Notes: generated from the letters alone by a model not told the origin. A stretch of DNA of 64,000 nucleotides from Escherichia coli (GCF_024502345.1 NZ_JALDNN010000001.1), one strand, 5' to 3'. Positions 22,066 to 33,328 are shown, counted from the first letter of the stretch. Numbers and translations are program-made.

Positions 22066-22512
22066 TTATTCATTATCGCCCGGGATGTCTTCTTGTCGGG
22101 AATTGCCCAGAGCAATAAATTCCTCTAACAGATGGGTTAACTGTTGCATTTTCTCGGCAGTAAACTGAGCTTCAATCTGCCGATAGGCTTCTTCAATCTG
22201 TGTCTGAGCGCGGTTATACAGCGCCTGCCCCTCTTTGGTCAGCGAGATATAGAGCTTCCGCTGATCATTGATCGGCTTTAATCGCAACACTAAACCGTCG
22301 CGTTCCATCCGCGTGAGGATCCCGGTCAGGCTTGGGCGCAAAATGCAGGCGCGATACGCCAGATCGTGAAAATCCATTGATGGGCTTTCCGCCAGAATAC
22401 GCACGATGCGCCACTGTTGCTCAGTCAAATTATGCCGTTTAACGATTGGGCGAAAATAACTCATCGCCGCTTCTCGCGCCTGGAGCAACGCAATGGTTAG
22501 TGAGTCGTGCAT
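22066..22512 (-). CDS. hpaR: MarR-family repressor of the hpa operon
   Basis: 148 aa from the internal Met (MHDSLTIALLQAREAAMSYF...), divergent from hpaG. Confidence 0.8.
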   Translation of the reverse strand: MHDSLTIALLQAREAAMSYFRPIVKRHNLTEQQWRIVRILAESPSMDFHDLAYRACILRPSLTGILTRMERDGLVLRLKPINDQRKLYISLTKEGQALYNRAQTQIEEAYRQIEAQFTAEKMQQLTHLLEEFIALGNSRQEDIPGDNE

Positions 22513-22783
22513 TATCTTTCCCCTGAAAAATTCAAAATCATTAATATAGAAACAATTAATCATCACGTTACCGGGACTGCGCTGCCCCTGCAATTCCTGA
22601 TTTTATCAAAATTGATGATATTTTATTAACTTACTGATATTTAATATTTTATTATCTTTATATGTAAATAGTTTGTTAATTAGATCACATTTATATCACT
22701 TACTTTTGCCAAACTACGCAATCGGGAATAAAAGTAATCATTAACATATTAATGATTAAGATGATCGAATCCGAGGAGTGGTA

Positions 22784-24073
22784 ATGAAAGGCACTATCTT
22801 CGCCGTAGCGTTGAACCATCGCAGCCAACTTGATGCCTGGCAGGAAGCGTTCCAGCAATCTCCCTACAAAGCCCCGCCTAAAACTGCGGTCTGGTTTATT
22901 AAACCGCGCAATACGGTGATTGGTTGCGGTGAACCGATTCCCTTTCCACAGGGTGAAAAGGTACTGAGCGGTGCGACAGTTGCGCTGATTGTGGGAAAAA
23001 CGGCGACGAAAGTACGTGAAGAAGATGCGGCAGAGTACATCGCCGGATATGCGCTGGCTAACGACGTCAGCCTGCCGGAAGAGAGCTTTTACCGCCCGGC
23101 AATCAAAGCAAAATGTCGTGATGGATTCTGCCCCATTGGCGAAACCGTGGCTCTCAGCAATGTCGATAATCTGACTATCTATACCGAGATCAACGGGCGT
23201 CCTGCCGATCACTGGAATACCGCCGATTTACAACGTAACGCCGCACAGCTGCTGAGCGCCCTGAGCGAATTCGCCACGCTGAACCCAGGCGACGCCATTT
23301 TGCTTGGCACACCACAAACCCGCGTGGACATTCAACCCGGCGATCGCGTTCGTGTTCTCGCAGAAGGTTTCCCGCCGCTGGAAAATCCGGTAGTGGACGA
23401 ACGTGAAGTGACCACGCGTAAAACCTTCCCAACGCAGCCACACCCGCACGGCACGCTGTTTGCCCTCGGCCTGAACTACGCCGACCACGCCAGTGAACTG
23501 GAATTTAAGCCACCGGAAGAGCCGTTGGTGTTTCTGAAAGCGCCGAATACCCTCACGGGCGATAACCAGACCTCCGTGCGCCCGAACAACATCGAGTACA
23601 TGCACTACGAAGCGGAGCTGGTGGTAGTTATTGGCAAGCAGGCTCGTAACGTCAGCGAAGCCGATGCCATGGATTATGTCGCGGGCTACACCGTGTGTAA
23701 CGACTACGCCATTCGCGACTATCTGGAAAACTACTACCGCCCTAACCTGCGGGTCAAAAGCCGCGACGGACTGACGCCGATGCTTTCAACCATCGTGCCG
23801 AAAGAGGCGATCCCGGACCCGCATAATCTGACCCTTCGCACCTTCGTCAACGGCGAGTTACGCCAGCAAGGCACCACCGCCGATCTGATCTTCAGCGTGC
23901 CCTTCCTGATCGCCTACTTAAGCGAATTTATGACCCTGAATCCGGGCGACATGATCGCCACCGGCACACCAAAAGGCTTATCTGACGTGGTGCCTGGCGA
24001 TGAAGTAGTGGTGGAAGTAGAAGGCGTGGGCCGCCTGGTGAACCGAATTGTGAGTGAGGAAACAGCGAAATGA
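22784..24073 (+). CDS. hpaG: Bifunctional isomerase/decarboxylase of the homoprotocatechuate pathway (FAH family, duplicated domain)
   Basis: 429 aa from ATG at 22784 (GGAG 5 nt upstream); two FAH-like halves. Confidence 0.85.
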   Translation: MKGTIFAVALNHRSQLDAWQEAFQQSPYKAPPKTAVWFIKPRNTVIGCGEPIPFPQGEKVLSGATVALIVGKTATKVREEDAAEYIAGYALANDVSLPEESFYRPAIKAKCRDGFCPIGETVALSNVDNLTIYTEINGRPADHWNTADLQRNAAQLLSALSEFATLNPGDAILLGTPQTRVDIQPGDRVRVLAEGFPPLENPVVDEREVTTRKTFPTQPHPHGTLFALGLNYADHASELEFKPPEEPLVFLKAPNTLTGDNQTSVRPNNIEYMHYEAELVVVIGKQARNVSEADAMDYVAGYTVCNDYAIRDYLENYYRPNLRVKSRDGLTPMLSTIVPKEAIPDPHNLTLRTFVNGELRQQGTTADLIFSVPFLIAYLSEFMTLNPGDMIATGTPKGLSDVVPGDEVVVEVEGVGRLVNRIVSEETAK

Positions 24074-25536
24074 AAAAAGTAAATCATTGGATCAACGGCA
24101 AAAATGTTGCAGGTAACGACTACTTCCAGACCACCAATCCGGCAACCGGTGAAGTGCTGGCGGATGTGGCCTCTGGCGGTGAAGCGGAGATCAATCAGGC
24201 GGTAGCGGCAGCGAAAGAGGCGTTCCCGAAATGGGCCAATCTGCCGATGAAAGAGCGTGCGCGCCTGATGCGCCGTCTGGGCGATCTGATCGACCAGAAC
24301 GTGCCTGAGATCGCCGCGATGGAAACCGCGGACACGGGCCTGCCGATCCATCAGACCAAAAACATGTTGATCCCACGCGCTTCTCACAACTTTGAATTTT
24401 TCGCGGAAGTCTGCCAGCAGATGAACGGCAAGACCTATCCGGTTGACGACAAGATGCTCAACTACACGCTGGTGCAGCCGGTAGGCGTTTGTGCACTGGT
24501 GTCGCCGTGGAACGTGCCGTTTATGACCGCCACATGGAAGGTCGCGCCGTGTCTTGCGCTGGGCAATACCGCGGTGCTGAAGATGTCGGAACTCTCCCCG
24601 CTGACCGCTGACCGCCTGGGTGAGCTGGCGCTGGAAGCCGGTATTCCGGCGGGCGTGCTGAACGTGGTACAGGGCTACGGCGCAACCGCAGGGGATGCGC
24701 TGGTTCGTCATCATGACGTACGTGCCGTGTCGTTCACCGGCGGTACGGCCACCGGGCGCAACATCATGAAAAACGCCGGGCTGAAAAAATACTCCATGGA
24801 ACTGGGCGGTAAATCGCCGGTGCTGATTTTTGAAGATGCCGATATTGAACGCGCGCTGGACGCTGCCCTGTTCACCATCTTCTCAATCAACGGCGAACGC
24901 TGCACCGCCGGTTCGCGCATTTTTATTCAACAGAGCATCTATCCAGAATTCGTTAAACGCTTTGCCGAACGCGCCAACCGTCTGCGCGTGGGCGATCCGA
25001 CCGATCCGAATACCCAGGTTGGGGCGCTTATCAGCCAGCAGCACTGGGAAAAAGTCTCCGGCTATATCCGTCTCGGCATTGAAGAAGGCGCCACCCTGCT
25101 GGCGGGCGGCCCGGATAAACCGTCTGACCTGCCTGCACACCTGAAAGGCGGCAACTTCCTGCGCCCAACGGTGCTGGCGGACGTAGATAACCGTATGCGC
25201 GTTGCCCAGGAAGAGATTTTCGGGCCGGTCGCCTGCCTGCTGCCGTTTAAAGATGAAGCCGAAGGCTTACGCCTGGCAAACGACGTGGAGTACGGCCTCG
25301 CGTCGTACATCTGGACGCAGGATGTCAGCAAAGTGTTACGCCTGGCGCGTGGCATTGAAGCAGGCATGGTGTTCGTCAACACCCAGAACGTGCGTGACCT
25401 GCGCCAGCCATTTGGCGGCGTAAAAGCCTCCGGCACCGGGCGTGAAGGCGGTGAGTACAGCTTCGAAGTGTTCGCGGAAATGAAGAACGTCTGCATTTCC
25501 ATGGGCGACCATCCAATTCCGAAATGGGGAGTCTGA
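24070..25536 (+). CDS. hpaE: 5-carboxymethyl-2-hydroxymuconate semialdehyde dehydrogenase
   Basis: 488-aa aldehyde dehydrogenase ORF (catalytic Cys in FSINGERCTAGSR, ELGGKSP motif); ATGA overlap with hpaG. Confidence 0.85.
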   Translation: MKKVNHWINGKNVAGNDYFQTTNPATGEVLADVASGGEAEINQAVAAAKEAFPKWANLPMKERARLMRRLGDLIDQNVPEIAAMETADTGLPIHQTKNMLIPRASHNFEFFAEVCQQMNGKTYPVDDKMLNYTLVQPVGVCALVSPWNVPFMTATWKVAPCLALGNTAVLKMSELSPLTADRLGELALEAGIPAGVLNVVQGYGATAGDALVRHHDVRAVSFTGGTATGRNIMKNAGLKKYSMELGGKSPVLIFEDADIERALDAALFTIFSINGERCTAGSRIFIQQSIYPEFVKRFAERANRLRVGDPTDPNTQVGALISQQHWEKVSGYIRLGIEEGATLLAGGPDKPSDLPAHLKGGNFLRPTVLADVDNRMRVAQEEIFGPVACLLPFKDEAEGLRLANDVEYGLASYIWTQDVSKVLRLARGIEAGMVFVNTQNVRDLRQPFGGVKASGTGREGGEYSFEVFAEMKNVCISMGDHPIPKWGV

Positions 25537-25537
25537 T

Positions 25538-26389
25538 ATGGGTAAGTTAGCGTTAGCCGCCAAGATCACGCACGTACCGTCGATGTATCTCTCTGAACTG
25601 CCAGGGAAAAACCACGGTTGCCGCCAGGGCGCGATCGACGGGCATAAAGAGATCAGCAAGCGTTGCCGGGAAATGGGCGTCGATACCATTATCGTTTTCG
25701 ACACCCACTGGCTGGTCAACAGTGCTTATCACATCAACTGTGCAGACCATTTTGAAGGCGTCTACACCAGTAACGAACTGCCGCATTTTATTCGTGACAT
25801 GACCTACAACTACGAGGGCAACCCGGAGTTGGGGCAGCTTATTGCCGATGAAGCCTTAAAGCTCGGCGTGCGGGCGAAAGCGCACAACATTCCCAGCCTC
25901 AAACTGGAGTACGGCACGCTGGTACCGATGCGCTACATGAATGAAGACAAGCGCTTCAAAGTGGTCTCCATTTCGGCTTTCTGCACGGTTCACGATTTTG
26001 CCGACAGCCGCAAGCTGGGCGAAGCGATTCTGAAAGCGATCGAACAGTACGACGGCACCGTGGCGGTCCTTGCCAGCGGTTCGTTATCGCACCGCTTTAT
26101 TGACGATCAGCGTGCAGAAGAAGGGATGAACAGCTACACCCGCGAGTTCGACCGTCAGATGGACGAGCGCGTGGTGAAGTTGTGGCGCGAAGGCCAGTTC
26201 AAAGAGTTCTGCAATATGCTGCCGGAGTACGCCGACTACTGCTACGGCGAAGGCAATATGCACGACACGGTGATGCTGCTGGGGATGCTCGGCTGGGATA
26301 AATACGACGGCAAGGTGGAGTTTATCACCGAGCTATTCCCAAGCTCTGGCACCGGTCAGGTTAACGCTGTTTTCCCGCTTCCCGCGTAA
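25538..26389 (+). CDS. hpaD: 3,4-dihydroxyphenylacetate 2,3-dioxygenase
   Basis: 283-aa extradiol-dioxygenase-like ORF in the conserved hpa position. Confidence 0.85.
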   Translation: MGKLALAAKITHVPSMYLSELPGKNHGCRQGAIDGHKEISKRCREMGVDTIIVFDTHWLVNSAYHINCADHFEGVYTSNELPHFIRDMTYNYEGNPELGQLIADEALKLGVRAKAHNIPSLKLEYGTLVPMRYMNEDKRFKVVSISAFCTVHDFADSRKLGEAILKAIEQYDGTVAVLASGSLSHRFIDDQRAEEGMNSYTREFDRQMDERVVKLWREGQFKEFCNMLPEYADYCYGEGNMHDTVMLLGMLGWDKYDGKVEFITELFPSSGTGQVNAVFPLPA

Positions 26390-26398
26390 GGACGTTTT

Positions 26399-26779
26399 AT
26401 GCCGCACTTTATCGTTGAATGCAGTGACAACATCCGCGAAGAAGCCGACCTGCCGGGGTTGTTCGCCAAAGTGAATCCGACGCTGGCAGCCACGGGTATT
26501 TTTCCGCTGGCGGGTATTCGCAGCCGCGTGCATTGGGTCGATACCTGGCAGATGGCCGACGGGCAGCGTGATTATGCCTTCGTGCATATGACGTTGAAAA
26601 TCGGCGCAGGTCGCAGCCTGGAAAGCCGTCAGCAGGCGGGTGAAATGCTGTTTGAACTGATTAAAACGCACTTCGCCGCCCTGATGGAGAGCCGCCTGCT
26701 GGCGTTGTCGTTTGAGATTGAAGAGCTGCATCCGACGCTGAATTTTAAACAAAACAACGTGCACGCATTGTTTAAGTAG
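26399..26779 (+). CDS. hpaF: 5-carboxymethyl-2-hydroxymuconate isomerase
   Basis: 126-aa ORF starting [12 protein letters not shown]. Confidence 0.85.
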   Translation: MPHFIVECSDNIREEADLPGLFAKVNPTLAATGIFPLAGIRSRVHWVDTWQMADGQRDYAFVHMTLKIGAGRSLESRQQAGEMLFELIKTHFAALMESRLLALSFEIEELHPTLNFKQNNVHALFK

Positions 26780-26790
26780 CGCGCAGATTG

Positions 26791-26880
26791 CCCGGTGGCG
26801 CTGCGCTTACCGGGCCTACAAAACCCCAAACCGTACACCGTAGGCCGGATAAGGCGCAGCCGCATCCGGCAATGCCACAG
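26791..26880. repeat. REP element(s) between hpaF and hpaH
   Basis: gcctacaaaa...gtaggccggataaggcg...gcatccggca REP consensus-like palindromes. Confidence 0.6.
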
Positions 26881-26889
26881 GATATCGCT

Positions 26890-27693
26890 ATGTTCGATAA
26901 ACATACCCACACCCTGATCGCCCAGCGTCTGGATCAGGCAGAAAAACAGCGCGAACAGATCCGCGCGATCTCACTGGATTACCCGGAGATCACCATCGAA
27001 GACGCTTACGCGGTGCAGCGCGAATGGGTTCGCCTGAAAATCGCCGAAGGTCGCACGCTGAAAGGCCACAAAATCGGCCTGACCTCGAAAGCGATGCAGG
27101 CAAGCTCGCAGATCAGCGAACCGGATTACGGCGCGCTGCTGGATGACATGTTCTTCCACGATGGCAGCGATATCCCGACCGATCGCTTTATCGTGCCGCG
27201 CATTGAAGTGGAGCTGGCTTTCGTGCTGGCAAAACCGCTGCGTGGGCCAAACTGCACGCTGTTCGACGTCTACAACGCCACGGACTACGTGATCCCGGCG
27301 CTGGAGCTGATCGACGCTCGCTGCCACAACATCGATCCGGAAACCCAGCGCCCGCGCAAAGTGTTCGACACCATTTCTGATAACGCCGCCAACGCCGGGG
27401 TGATCCTCGGTGGTCGTCAGATCAAACCAGACGAACTGGATCTGCGTTGGATCTCCGCCCTGATGTATCGCAATGGCGTGATTGAAGAAACCGGCGTCGC
27501 CGCTGGCGTGCTGAATCATCCGGCAAACGGCGTGGCCTGGCTGGCGAACAAACTCGCACCGTATGACGTACAACTGGAAGCCGGGCAAATCATTCTCGGT
27601 GGTTCGTTCACCCGCCCGGTTCCGGCGCGTAAGGGCGACACCTTCCACGTCGATTACGGCAACATGGGTTCCATTAGCTGCCGCTTTGTTTAA
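26890..27693 (+). CDS. hpaH: 2-oxo-hept-4-ene-1,7-dioate hydratase
   Basis: 267 aa from the internal Met [12 protein letters not shown]...; the upstream part of the track ORF runs through the REP. Confidence 0.8.
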   Translation: MFDKHTHTLIAQRLDQAEKQREQIRAISLDYPEITIEDAYAVQREWVRLKIAEGRTLKGHKIGLTSKAMQASSQISEPDYGALLDDMFFHDGSDIPTDRFIVPRIEVELAFVLAKPLRGPNCTLFDVYNATDYVIPALELIDARCHNIDPETQRPRKVFDTISDNAANAGVILGGRQIKPDELDLRWISALMYRNGVIEETGVAAGVLNHPANGVAWLANKLAPYDVQLEAGQIILGGSFTRPVPARKGDTFHVDYGNMGSISCRFV

Positions 27694-27703
27694 GGAGAGA
27701 ACG

Positions 27704-28492
27704 ATGGAAAACAGCTTTAAAGCGGCGCTGAAAGCAGGCCGTCCGCAGATCGGATTATGGCTGGGGCTGAGTAGCAGCTACAGCGCAGAGTTACTGGCCG
27801 GAGCAGGATTCGACTGGTTGTTGATCGACGGTGAGCACGCGCCGAATAACGTGCAAACCGTGCTCACCCAGCTACAGGCGATTGCGCCCTACCCCAGCCA
27901 GCCGGTAGTACGTCCGTCGTGGAACGATCCGGTGCAAATCAAACAACTGCTGGACGTCGGCACACAAACCTTGCTGGTGCCGATGGTACAAAACGCTGAC
28001 GAAGCCCGTGAAGCGGTACGCGCCACCCGTTATCCCCCCGCCGGTATTCGCGGTGTGGGCAGTGCGCTGGCCCGCGCCTCGCGCTGGAATCGTATTCCTG
28101 ATTACCTGCAAAAAGCCAACGATCAAATGTGCGTGCTGGTGCAGATCGAAACGCGTGAGGCAATGAAGAACTTACCGCAGATTCTGGACGTGGAAGGAGT
28201 CGACGGCGTGTTTATCGGCCCGGCGGATCTGAGCGCCGATATGGGTTATGCCGGTAATCCGCAGCACCCGGAAGTACAGGCCGCCATTGAGCAGGCGATC
28301 GTGCAGATCCGCGAAGCGGGCAAAGCGCCGGGGATCCTGATCGCCAATGAGCAACTGGCAAAACGCTATCTGGAACTGGGCGCGCTGTTTGTCGCCGTCG
28401 GCGTTGACACCACCCTGCTCGCCCGCGCCGCCGAAGCGCTGGCAGCACGGTTTGGCGCGCAGGCTACAGCGATTAAGCCCGGCGTGTATTAA
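27704..28492 (+). CDS. hpaI: 2,4-dihydroxyhept-2-ene-1,7-dioate aldolase
   Basis: 262 aa from [19 protein letters not shown]... (HpcH/HpaI aldolase family). Confidence 0.85.
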   Translation: MENSFKAALKAGRPQIGLWLGLSSSYSAELLAGAGFDWLLIDGEHAPNNVQTVLTQLQAIAPYPSQPVVRPSWNDPVQIKQLLDVGTQTLLVPMVQNADEAREAVRATRYPPAGIRGVGSALARASRWNRIPDYLQKANDQMCVLVQIETREAMKNLPQILDVEGVDGVFIGPADLSADMGYAGNPQHPEVQAAIEQAIVQIREAGKAPGILIANEQLAKRYLELGALFVAVGVDTTLLARAAEALAARFGAQATAIKPGVY

Positions 28493-28499
28493 TGTCGAA

Positions 28500-28625
28500 T
28501 GCGTTGCGCTTATCCGGCCTACACGCGCACCAAATCGTAGGCCTGATAAGGCGTTACGCCGCATCCGGCAAAAAGCCGTACCAAATCGCGGACCGGATAA
28601 GGCGTTTACGCCGCATCCGCCATAA
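28500..28625. repeat. Tandem REP elements between hpaI and hpaX
   Basis: Repeated cttatccggcctac / ggataaggcgtt(t)acgccgcatccg units. Confidence 0.6.
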
Positions 28626-28666
28626 ACCTTGTCGTACCCTACAAAAATCCCATTAGAGGAAGAAAA

Positions 28667-30043
28667 ATGAGCGACACCTCACCTGCCATACCGGAGAGTA
28701 TCGATCCGGCGAATCAGCATAAAGCGCTGACTGCCGGACAACAGGCGGTTATTAAGAAGCTATTTCGCCGCCTGATCGTCTTTCTGTTCGTGCTGTTTAT
28801 CTTCTCGTTCCTTGATCGCATCAACATTGGTTTTGCCGGACTAACTATGGGACGCGACCTCGGTCTGAGCGCCACCATGTTTGGCCTCGCTACCACCCTG
28901 TTCTACGCCGCTTATGTCATCTTCGGCATTCCCAGCAACATTATGCTGAGTATTGTCGGTGCGCGGCGCTGGATCGCCACCATCATGGTGCTTTGGGGCA
29001 TCGCCTCTACTGCCACCATGTTTGCCACTGGCCCCACCAGCTTATACATACTGCGTATACTGGTTGGCATTACCGAAGCCGGCTTTCTGCCTGGCATTCT
29101 GCTCTATTTAACCTTCTGGTTTCCGGCCTATTTCCGCGCCCGTGCCAACGCCTTGTTTATGGTGGCAATGCCGGTAACGACAGCGTTGGGATCGATCGTT
29201 TCCGGCTACATTTTGTCGCTGGATGGCGTAATGGCATTAAAAGGCTGGCAGTGGCTGTTTTTGCTGGAAGGCTTCCCGTCGGTATTACTCGGCGTCATGG
29301 TATGGTTCTGGCTTGATGACTCACCGGACAAAGCTAACTGGCTGACGAAAGAAGACAAAAAATGCCTGCAAGAGATGATGGATAATGATCGTCTGACGCT
29401 GGTTCAGCCAGAGGGAGCCATCAGCCACCACGCTATGCAACAACGCAGCATGTGGCGGGAGATCTTCACTCCGGTGGTGATGATGTATACCCTGGCGTAT
29501 TTCTGCCTGACCAACACACTTAGTGCGATCAGCATCTGGACACCGCAGATCCTGCAAAGCTTCAATCAGGGCAGCAGTAATATCACCATCGGTCTGCTGG
29601 CCGCCGTACCGCAGATTTGTACCATTCTCGGGATGGTCTACTGGAGCCGTCACTCAGATCGCTGCCAGGAACGAAGGCATCACACCGCCCTTCCTTATTT
29701 GTTCGCTGCCGCTGGTTGGTTACTGGCTTCGGCAACTGATCACAACATGATCCAGATGCTGGGGATCATTATGGCTTCGACCGGATCATTCAGCGCAATG
29801 GCGATTTTCTGGACAACACCGGATCAGTCCATCAGCCTGCGGGCACGAGCGATCGGTATTGCGGTGATCAACGCCACTGGCAACATTGGTTCAGCATTAA
29901 GTCCGTTTATGATCGGCTGGTTGAAAGATCTGACCGGCAGCTTTAACAGTGGATTGTGGTTTGTTGCCGCGCTGCTGGTGATTGGTGCAGGGATTATCTG
30001 GGCAATTCCAATGCAGTCCTCCCGTCCGCGAGCGACCCCGTAA
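28667..30043 (+). CDS. hpaX: 4-hydroxyphenylacetate permease (MFS)
   Basis: 458-aa 12-TM ORF in the hpa cluster. Confidence 0.8.
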   Translation: MSDTSPAIPESIDPANQHKALTAGQQAVIKKLFRRLIVFLFVLFIFSFLDRINIGFAGLTMGRDLGLSATMFGLATTLFYAAYVIFGIPSNIMLSIVGARRWIATIMVLWGIASTATMFATGPTSLYILRILVGITEAGFLPGILLYLTFWFPAYFRARANALFMVAMPVTTALGSIVSGYILSLDGVMALKGWQWLFLLEGFPSVLLGVMVWFWLDDSPDKANWLTKEDKKCLQEMMDNDRLTLVQPEGAISHHAMQQRSMWREIFTPVVMMYTLAYFCLTNTLSAISIWTPQILQSFNQGSSNITIGLLAAVPQICTILGMVYWSRHSDRCQERRHHTALPYLFAAAGWLLASATDHNMIQMLGIIMASTGSFSAMAIFWTTPDQSISLRARAIGIAVINATGNIGSALSPFMIGWLKDLTGSFNSGLWFVAALLVIGAGIIWAIPMQSSRPRATP

Positions 30044-30052
30044 GGAACGACG

Positions 30053-30943
30053 ATGTGTGACCGTCAGATTGCCAATATTGATATCAGCAAAGAGTACGAT
30101 GAAAGCCTGGGCACGGACGATGTGCATTATCAGTCGTTCGCCCGCATGGCGGCATTTTTTGGCCGCCATATGCTGCCACATCGCCACGAACAGTACTTTC
30201 AGATGCATTTCCTCAATAGCGGACAGATTGAGCTACAGCTTGACGATCATCGCTACTCGGTGGAAGCGCCCCTGTTTGTCCTGACGCCGCCGTCAGTACC
30301 TCATGCGTTTATTACGGAGTCTGACGCCGACGGTCATGTGTTGACGGTACGGGAAGATCTGATCTGGCCCCTGCTGGAAGTTCTTTATCCAGGCACTCGG
30401 GAAACCTTCGGCCTGCCGGGGATTTGCCTGTCACTGGCAGATAAACCCGACGAACTGGCGGCGCTGGAACACTATTGGCAACTGATAGAGCGGGAATCGG
30501 TGGAACAACTGCCTGGACGGGAACACACCCTGACGTTACTGGCACAGGCAGTGTTCACCCTACTGCTGCGTAACGCAAAACTCGACGATCATGCCACCAG
30601 CGGAATGCGCGGAGAATTAAAACTGTTCCAGCGTTTTAATATGCTGATTGAAAGCCATTTTCATCAGCACTGGACAGTACCGGATTACGCTAACGAACTG
30701 CATATCACCGAATCACGCCTCACGGACATCTGCCGCCGCTTTGCCAACCGTCCGCCAAAACGGTTGATTTTCGACAGGCAGCTGCGAGAAGCCAAACGGC
30801 TGCTGCTGTTTTCTGATAACGCCGTGAACAATATTGCCTGGCAACTCGGTTTTAAGGATCCGGCTTATTTTGCGCGCTTTTTTAATCGCTTAGTCGGTTG
30901 CTCGCCCAGTGCTTATCGTGCCAAAAAAGTACCTGTGACGTGA
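30053..30943 (+). CDS. hpaA: AraC/XylS-family activator of hpaBC
   Basis: 296-aa ORF with C-terminal AraC-type HTH (IAWQLGFKDPAYFARFF). Confidence 0.8.
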   Translation: MCDRQIANIDISKEYDESLGTDDVHYQSFARMAAFFGRHMLPHRHEQYFQMHFLNSGQIELQLDDHRYSVEAPLFVLTPPSVPHAFITESDADGHVLTVREDLIWPLLEVLYPGTRETFGLPGICLSLADKPDELAALEHYWQLIERESVEQLPGREHTLTLLAQAVFTLLLRNAKLDDHATSGMRGELKLFQRFNMLIESHFHQHWTVPDYANELHITESRLTDICRRFANRPPKRLIFDRQLREAKRLLLFSDNAVNNIAWQLGFKDPAYFARFFNRLVGCSPSAYRAKKVPVT

Positions 30944-31193
30944 AAATCCCTTAGCCTTAACGGGAAACCAGGCACCACCTGCTATTCCCCTTTCTCCGCC
31001 TGGAGCAAGGGGATTTAGTAACGTTAAAAATAGCTAAAAGCGACCTCGATCACAAAACCGTACCCGACCTGAAAAGTACCAGCCATTGTCCCAAAAGTCT
31101 CTTCCCGTAATCGCCCCTGCAAGCTTCAATTGAATAACAAAAACAACACACAAAATTAACAATCGTATTCCGATTAATACTGTAGAGGTCGAC

Positions 31194-32756
31194 ATGAAAC
31201 CAGAAGATTTCCGCGCCAGTACCCAACGTCCGTTCACCGGGGAAGAGTATCTGAAAAGCCTGCAGGATGGTCGCGAGATCTATATCTATGGCGAGCGAGT
31301 GAAAGACGTCACCACTCATCCGGCATTTCGTAATGCGGCAGCGTCTGTTGCCCAACTGTACGACGCGCTACACAAACCGGAGATGCAGGACTCTCTGTGC
31401 TGGAACACCGACACCGGTAGCGGCGGCTATACCCATAAATTCTTCCGCGTGGCGAAAAGTGCCGACGACCTGCGCCAGCAACGCGACGCCATCGCTGAGT
31501 GGTCACGCCTGAGCTATGGCTGGATGGGCCGCACCCCAGACTACAAAGCCGCTTTCGGTTGCGCACTGGGCGCGAATCCGGGCTTTTACGGTCAGTTCGA
31601 GCAGAACGCCCGTAACTGGTATACCCGTATTCAGGAAACTGGCCTCTACTTTAACCACGCGATTGTTAACCCACCGATCGATCGTCATTTGCCGACCGAT
31701 AAAGTAAAAGACGTTTACATCAAGCTGGAAAAAGAGACTGACGCCGGGATTATCGTCAGCGGTGCGAAAGTGGTTGCCACCAACTCGGCGCTGACTCACT
31801 ACAACATGATTGGCTTCGGCTCGGCACAAGTAATGGGCGAAAACCCGGACTTCGCACTGATGTTCGTTGCGCCAATGGATGCCGATGGCGTGAAATTAAT
31901 CTCCCGCGCCTCTTATGAGATGGTCGCGGGTGCTACCGGCTCGCCGTACGACTACCCGCTCTCCAGCCGCTTCGATGAGAACGATGCAATCCTGGTGATG
32001 GATAACGTACTGATCCCGTGGGAAAACGTGCTGATCTACCGCGATTTTGATCGCTGCCGTCGCTGGACAATGGAAGGCGGTTTTGCCCGTATGTATCCGC
32101 TGCAAGCCTGTGTGCGCCTGGCAGTGAAACTCGACTTCATTACGGCACTGCTGAAAAAATCACTCGAATGTACCGGCACCCTGGAGTTCCGTGGTGTGCA
32201 GGCCGATCTCGGTGAAGTGGTGGCGTGGCGCAACACCTTCTGGGCATTGAGTGACTCGATGTGTTCAGAAGCAACGCCGTGGGTCAACGGGGCTTATTTA
32301 CCGGATCATGCCGCACTGCAAACCTATCGCGTACTGGCACCAATGGCCTACGCGAAGATCAAAAACATTATCGAACGCAACGTTACCAGTGGCCTGATCT
32401 ATCTCCCTTCCAGTGCCCGTGACCTGAACAATCCGCAGATCGACCAGTATCTGGCGAAGTATGTGCGCGGTTCGAACGGTATGGATCACGTCCAGCGCAT
32501 CAAGATCCTCAAACTGATGTGGGATGCCATTGGCAGCGAATTTGGTGGTCGTCACGAACTGTATGAAATCAACTACTCCGGTAGCCAGGATGAGATTCGC
32601 CTGCAATGTCTGCGCCAGGCACAAAGCTCCGGCAATATGGACAAGATGATGGCGATGGTTGATCGCTGCCTGTCGGAATACGACCAGAACGGCTGGACTG
32701 TGCCGCACCTGCACAACAACGACGATATCAACATGCTGGATAAGCTGCTGAAATAA
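31194..32756 (+). CDS. hpaB: 4-hydroxyphenylacetate 3-monooxygenase, oxygenase component
   Basis: 520-aa ORF in the conserved hpaBC position. Confidence 0.85.
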   Translation: MKPEDFRASTQRPFTGEEYLKSLQDGREIYIYGERVKDVTTHPAFRNAAASVAQLYDALHKPEMQDSLCWNTDTGSGGYTHKFFRVAKSADDLRQQRDAIAEWSRLSYGWMGRTPDYKAAFGCALGANPGFYGQFEQNARNWYTRIQETGLYFNHAIVNPPIDRHLPTDKVKDVYIKLEKETDAGIIVSGAKVVATNSALTHYNMIGFGSAQVMGENPDFALMFVAPMDADGVKLISRASYEMVAGATGSPYDYPLSSRFDENDAILVMDNVLIPWENVLIYRDFDRCRRWTMEGGFARMYPLQACVRLAVKLDFITALLKKSLECTGTLEFRGVQADLGEVVAWRNTFWALSDSMCSEATPWVNGAYLPDHAALQTYRVLAPMAYAKIKNIIERNVTSGLIYLPSSARDLNNPQIDQYLAKYVRGSNGMDHVQRIKILKLMWDAIGSEFGGRHELYEINYSGSQDEIRLQCLRQAQSSGNMDKMMAMVDRCLSEYDQNGWTVPHLHNNDDINMLDKLLK

Positions 32757-32773
32757 CGCAGCAGGAGGTTAAG

Positions 32774-33286
32774 ATGCAATTAGATGAACAACGCCTGCGC
32801 TTTCGTGACGCGATGGCCAGCCTGTCGGCAGCGGTAAATATTATCACCACCGAGGGCGACGCCGGACAATGCGGGATTACGGCAACGGCCGTCTGCTCGG
32901 TCACGGATACACCACCGTCGCTGATGGTGTGCATTAACGCCAACAGTGCGATGAACCCGGTTTTTCAGGGCAACGGCAAGTTGTGCGTCAACGTCCTCAA
33001 CCATGAGCAGGAGCTGATGGCACGCCACTTCGCGGGCATGACAGGCATGGCGATGGAAGAGCGTTTTAGCCTCTCATGCTGGCAAAAAGGTCCGCTGGCG
33101 CAGCCGGCGCTGAAAGGTTCGCTTGCCAGTCTTGAAGGTGAGATCCGCGATGTGCAGGCAATTGGCACACATCTGGTGTATCTGGTGGAGATTAAAAACA
33201 TCATCCTCAGTGCAGAAGGTCACGGACTTATTTACTTTAAACGCCGTTTCCATCCGGTGATGCTGGAAATGGAAGCTGCGATTTAA
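32774..33286 (+). CDS. hpaC: 4-hydroxyphenylacetate 3-monooxygenase, flavin reductase component
   Basis: 170-aa flavin-reductase-like ORF immediately after hpaB. Confidence 0.85.
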   Translation: MQLDEQRLRFRDAMASLSAAVNIITTEGDAGQCGITATAVCSVTDTPPSLMVCINANSAMNPVFQGNGKLCVNVLNHEQELMARHFAGMTGMAMEERFSLSCWQKGPLAQPALKGSLASLEGEIRDVQAIGTHLVYLVEIKNIILSAEGHGLIYFKRRFHPVMLEMEAAI

Positions 33287-33292
33287 GCTCCA

Positions 33293-33328
33293 GCCCCTTC
33301 ACGTATTCGTCGAAGGGGCATTTTTATT
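33293..33328 (+). terminator. Putative rho-independent terminator of hpaBC
   Basis: gccccttc / gaaggggc stem followed by atttttatt. Confidence 0.55.
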
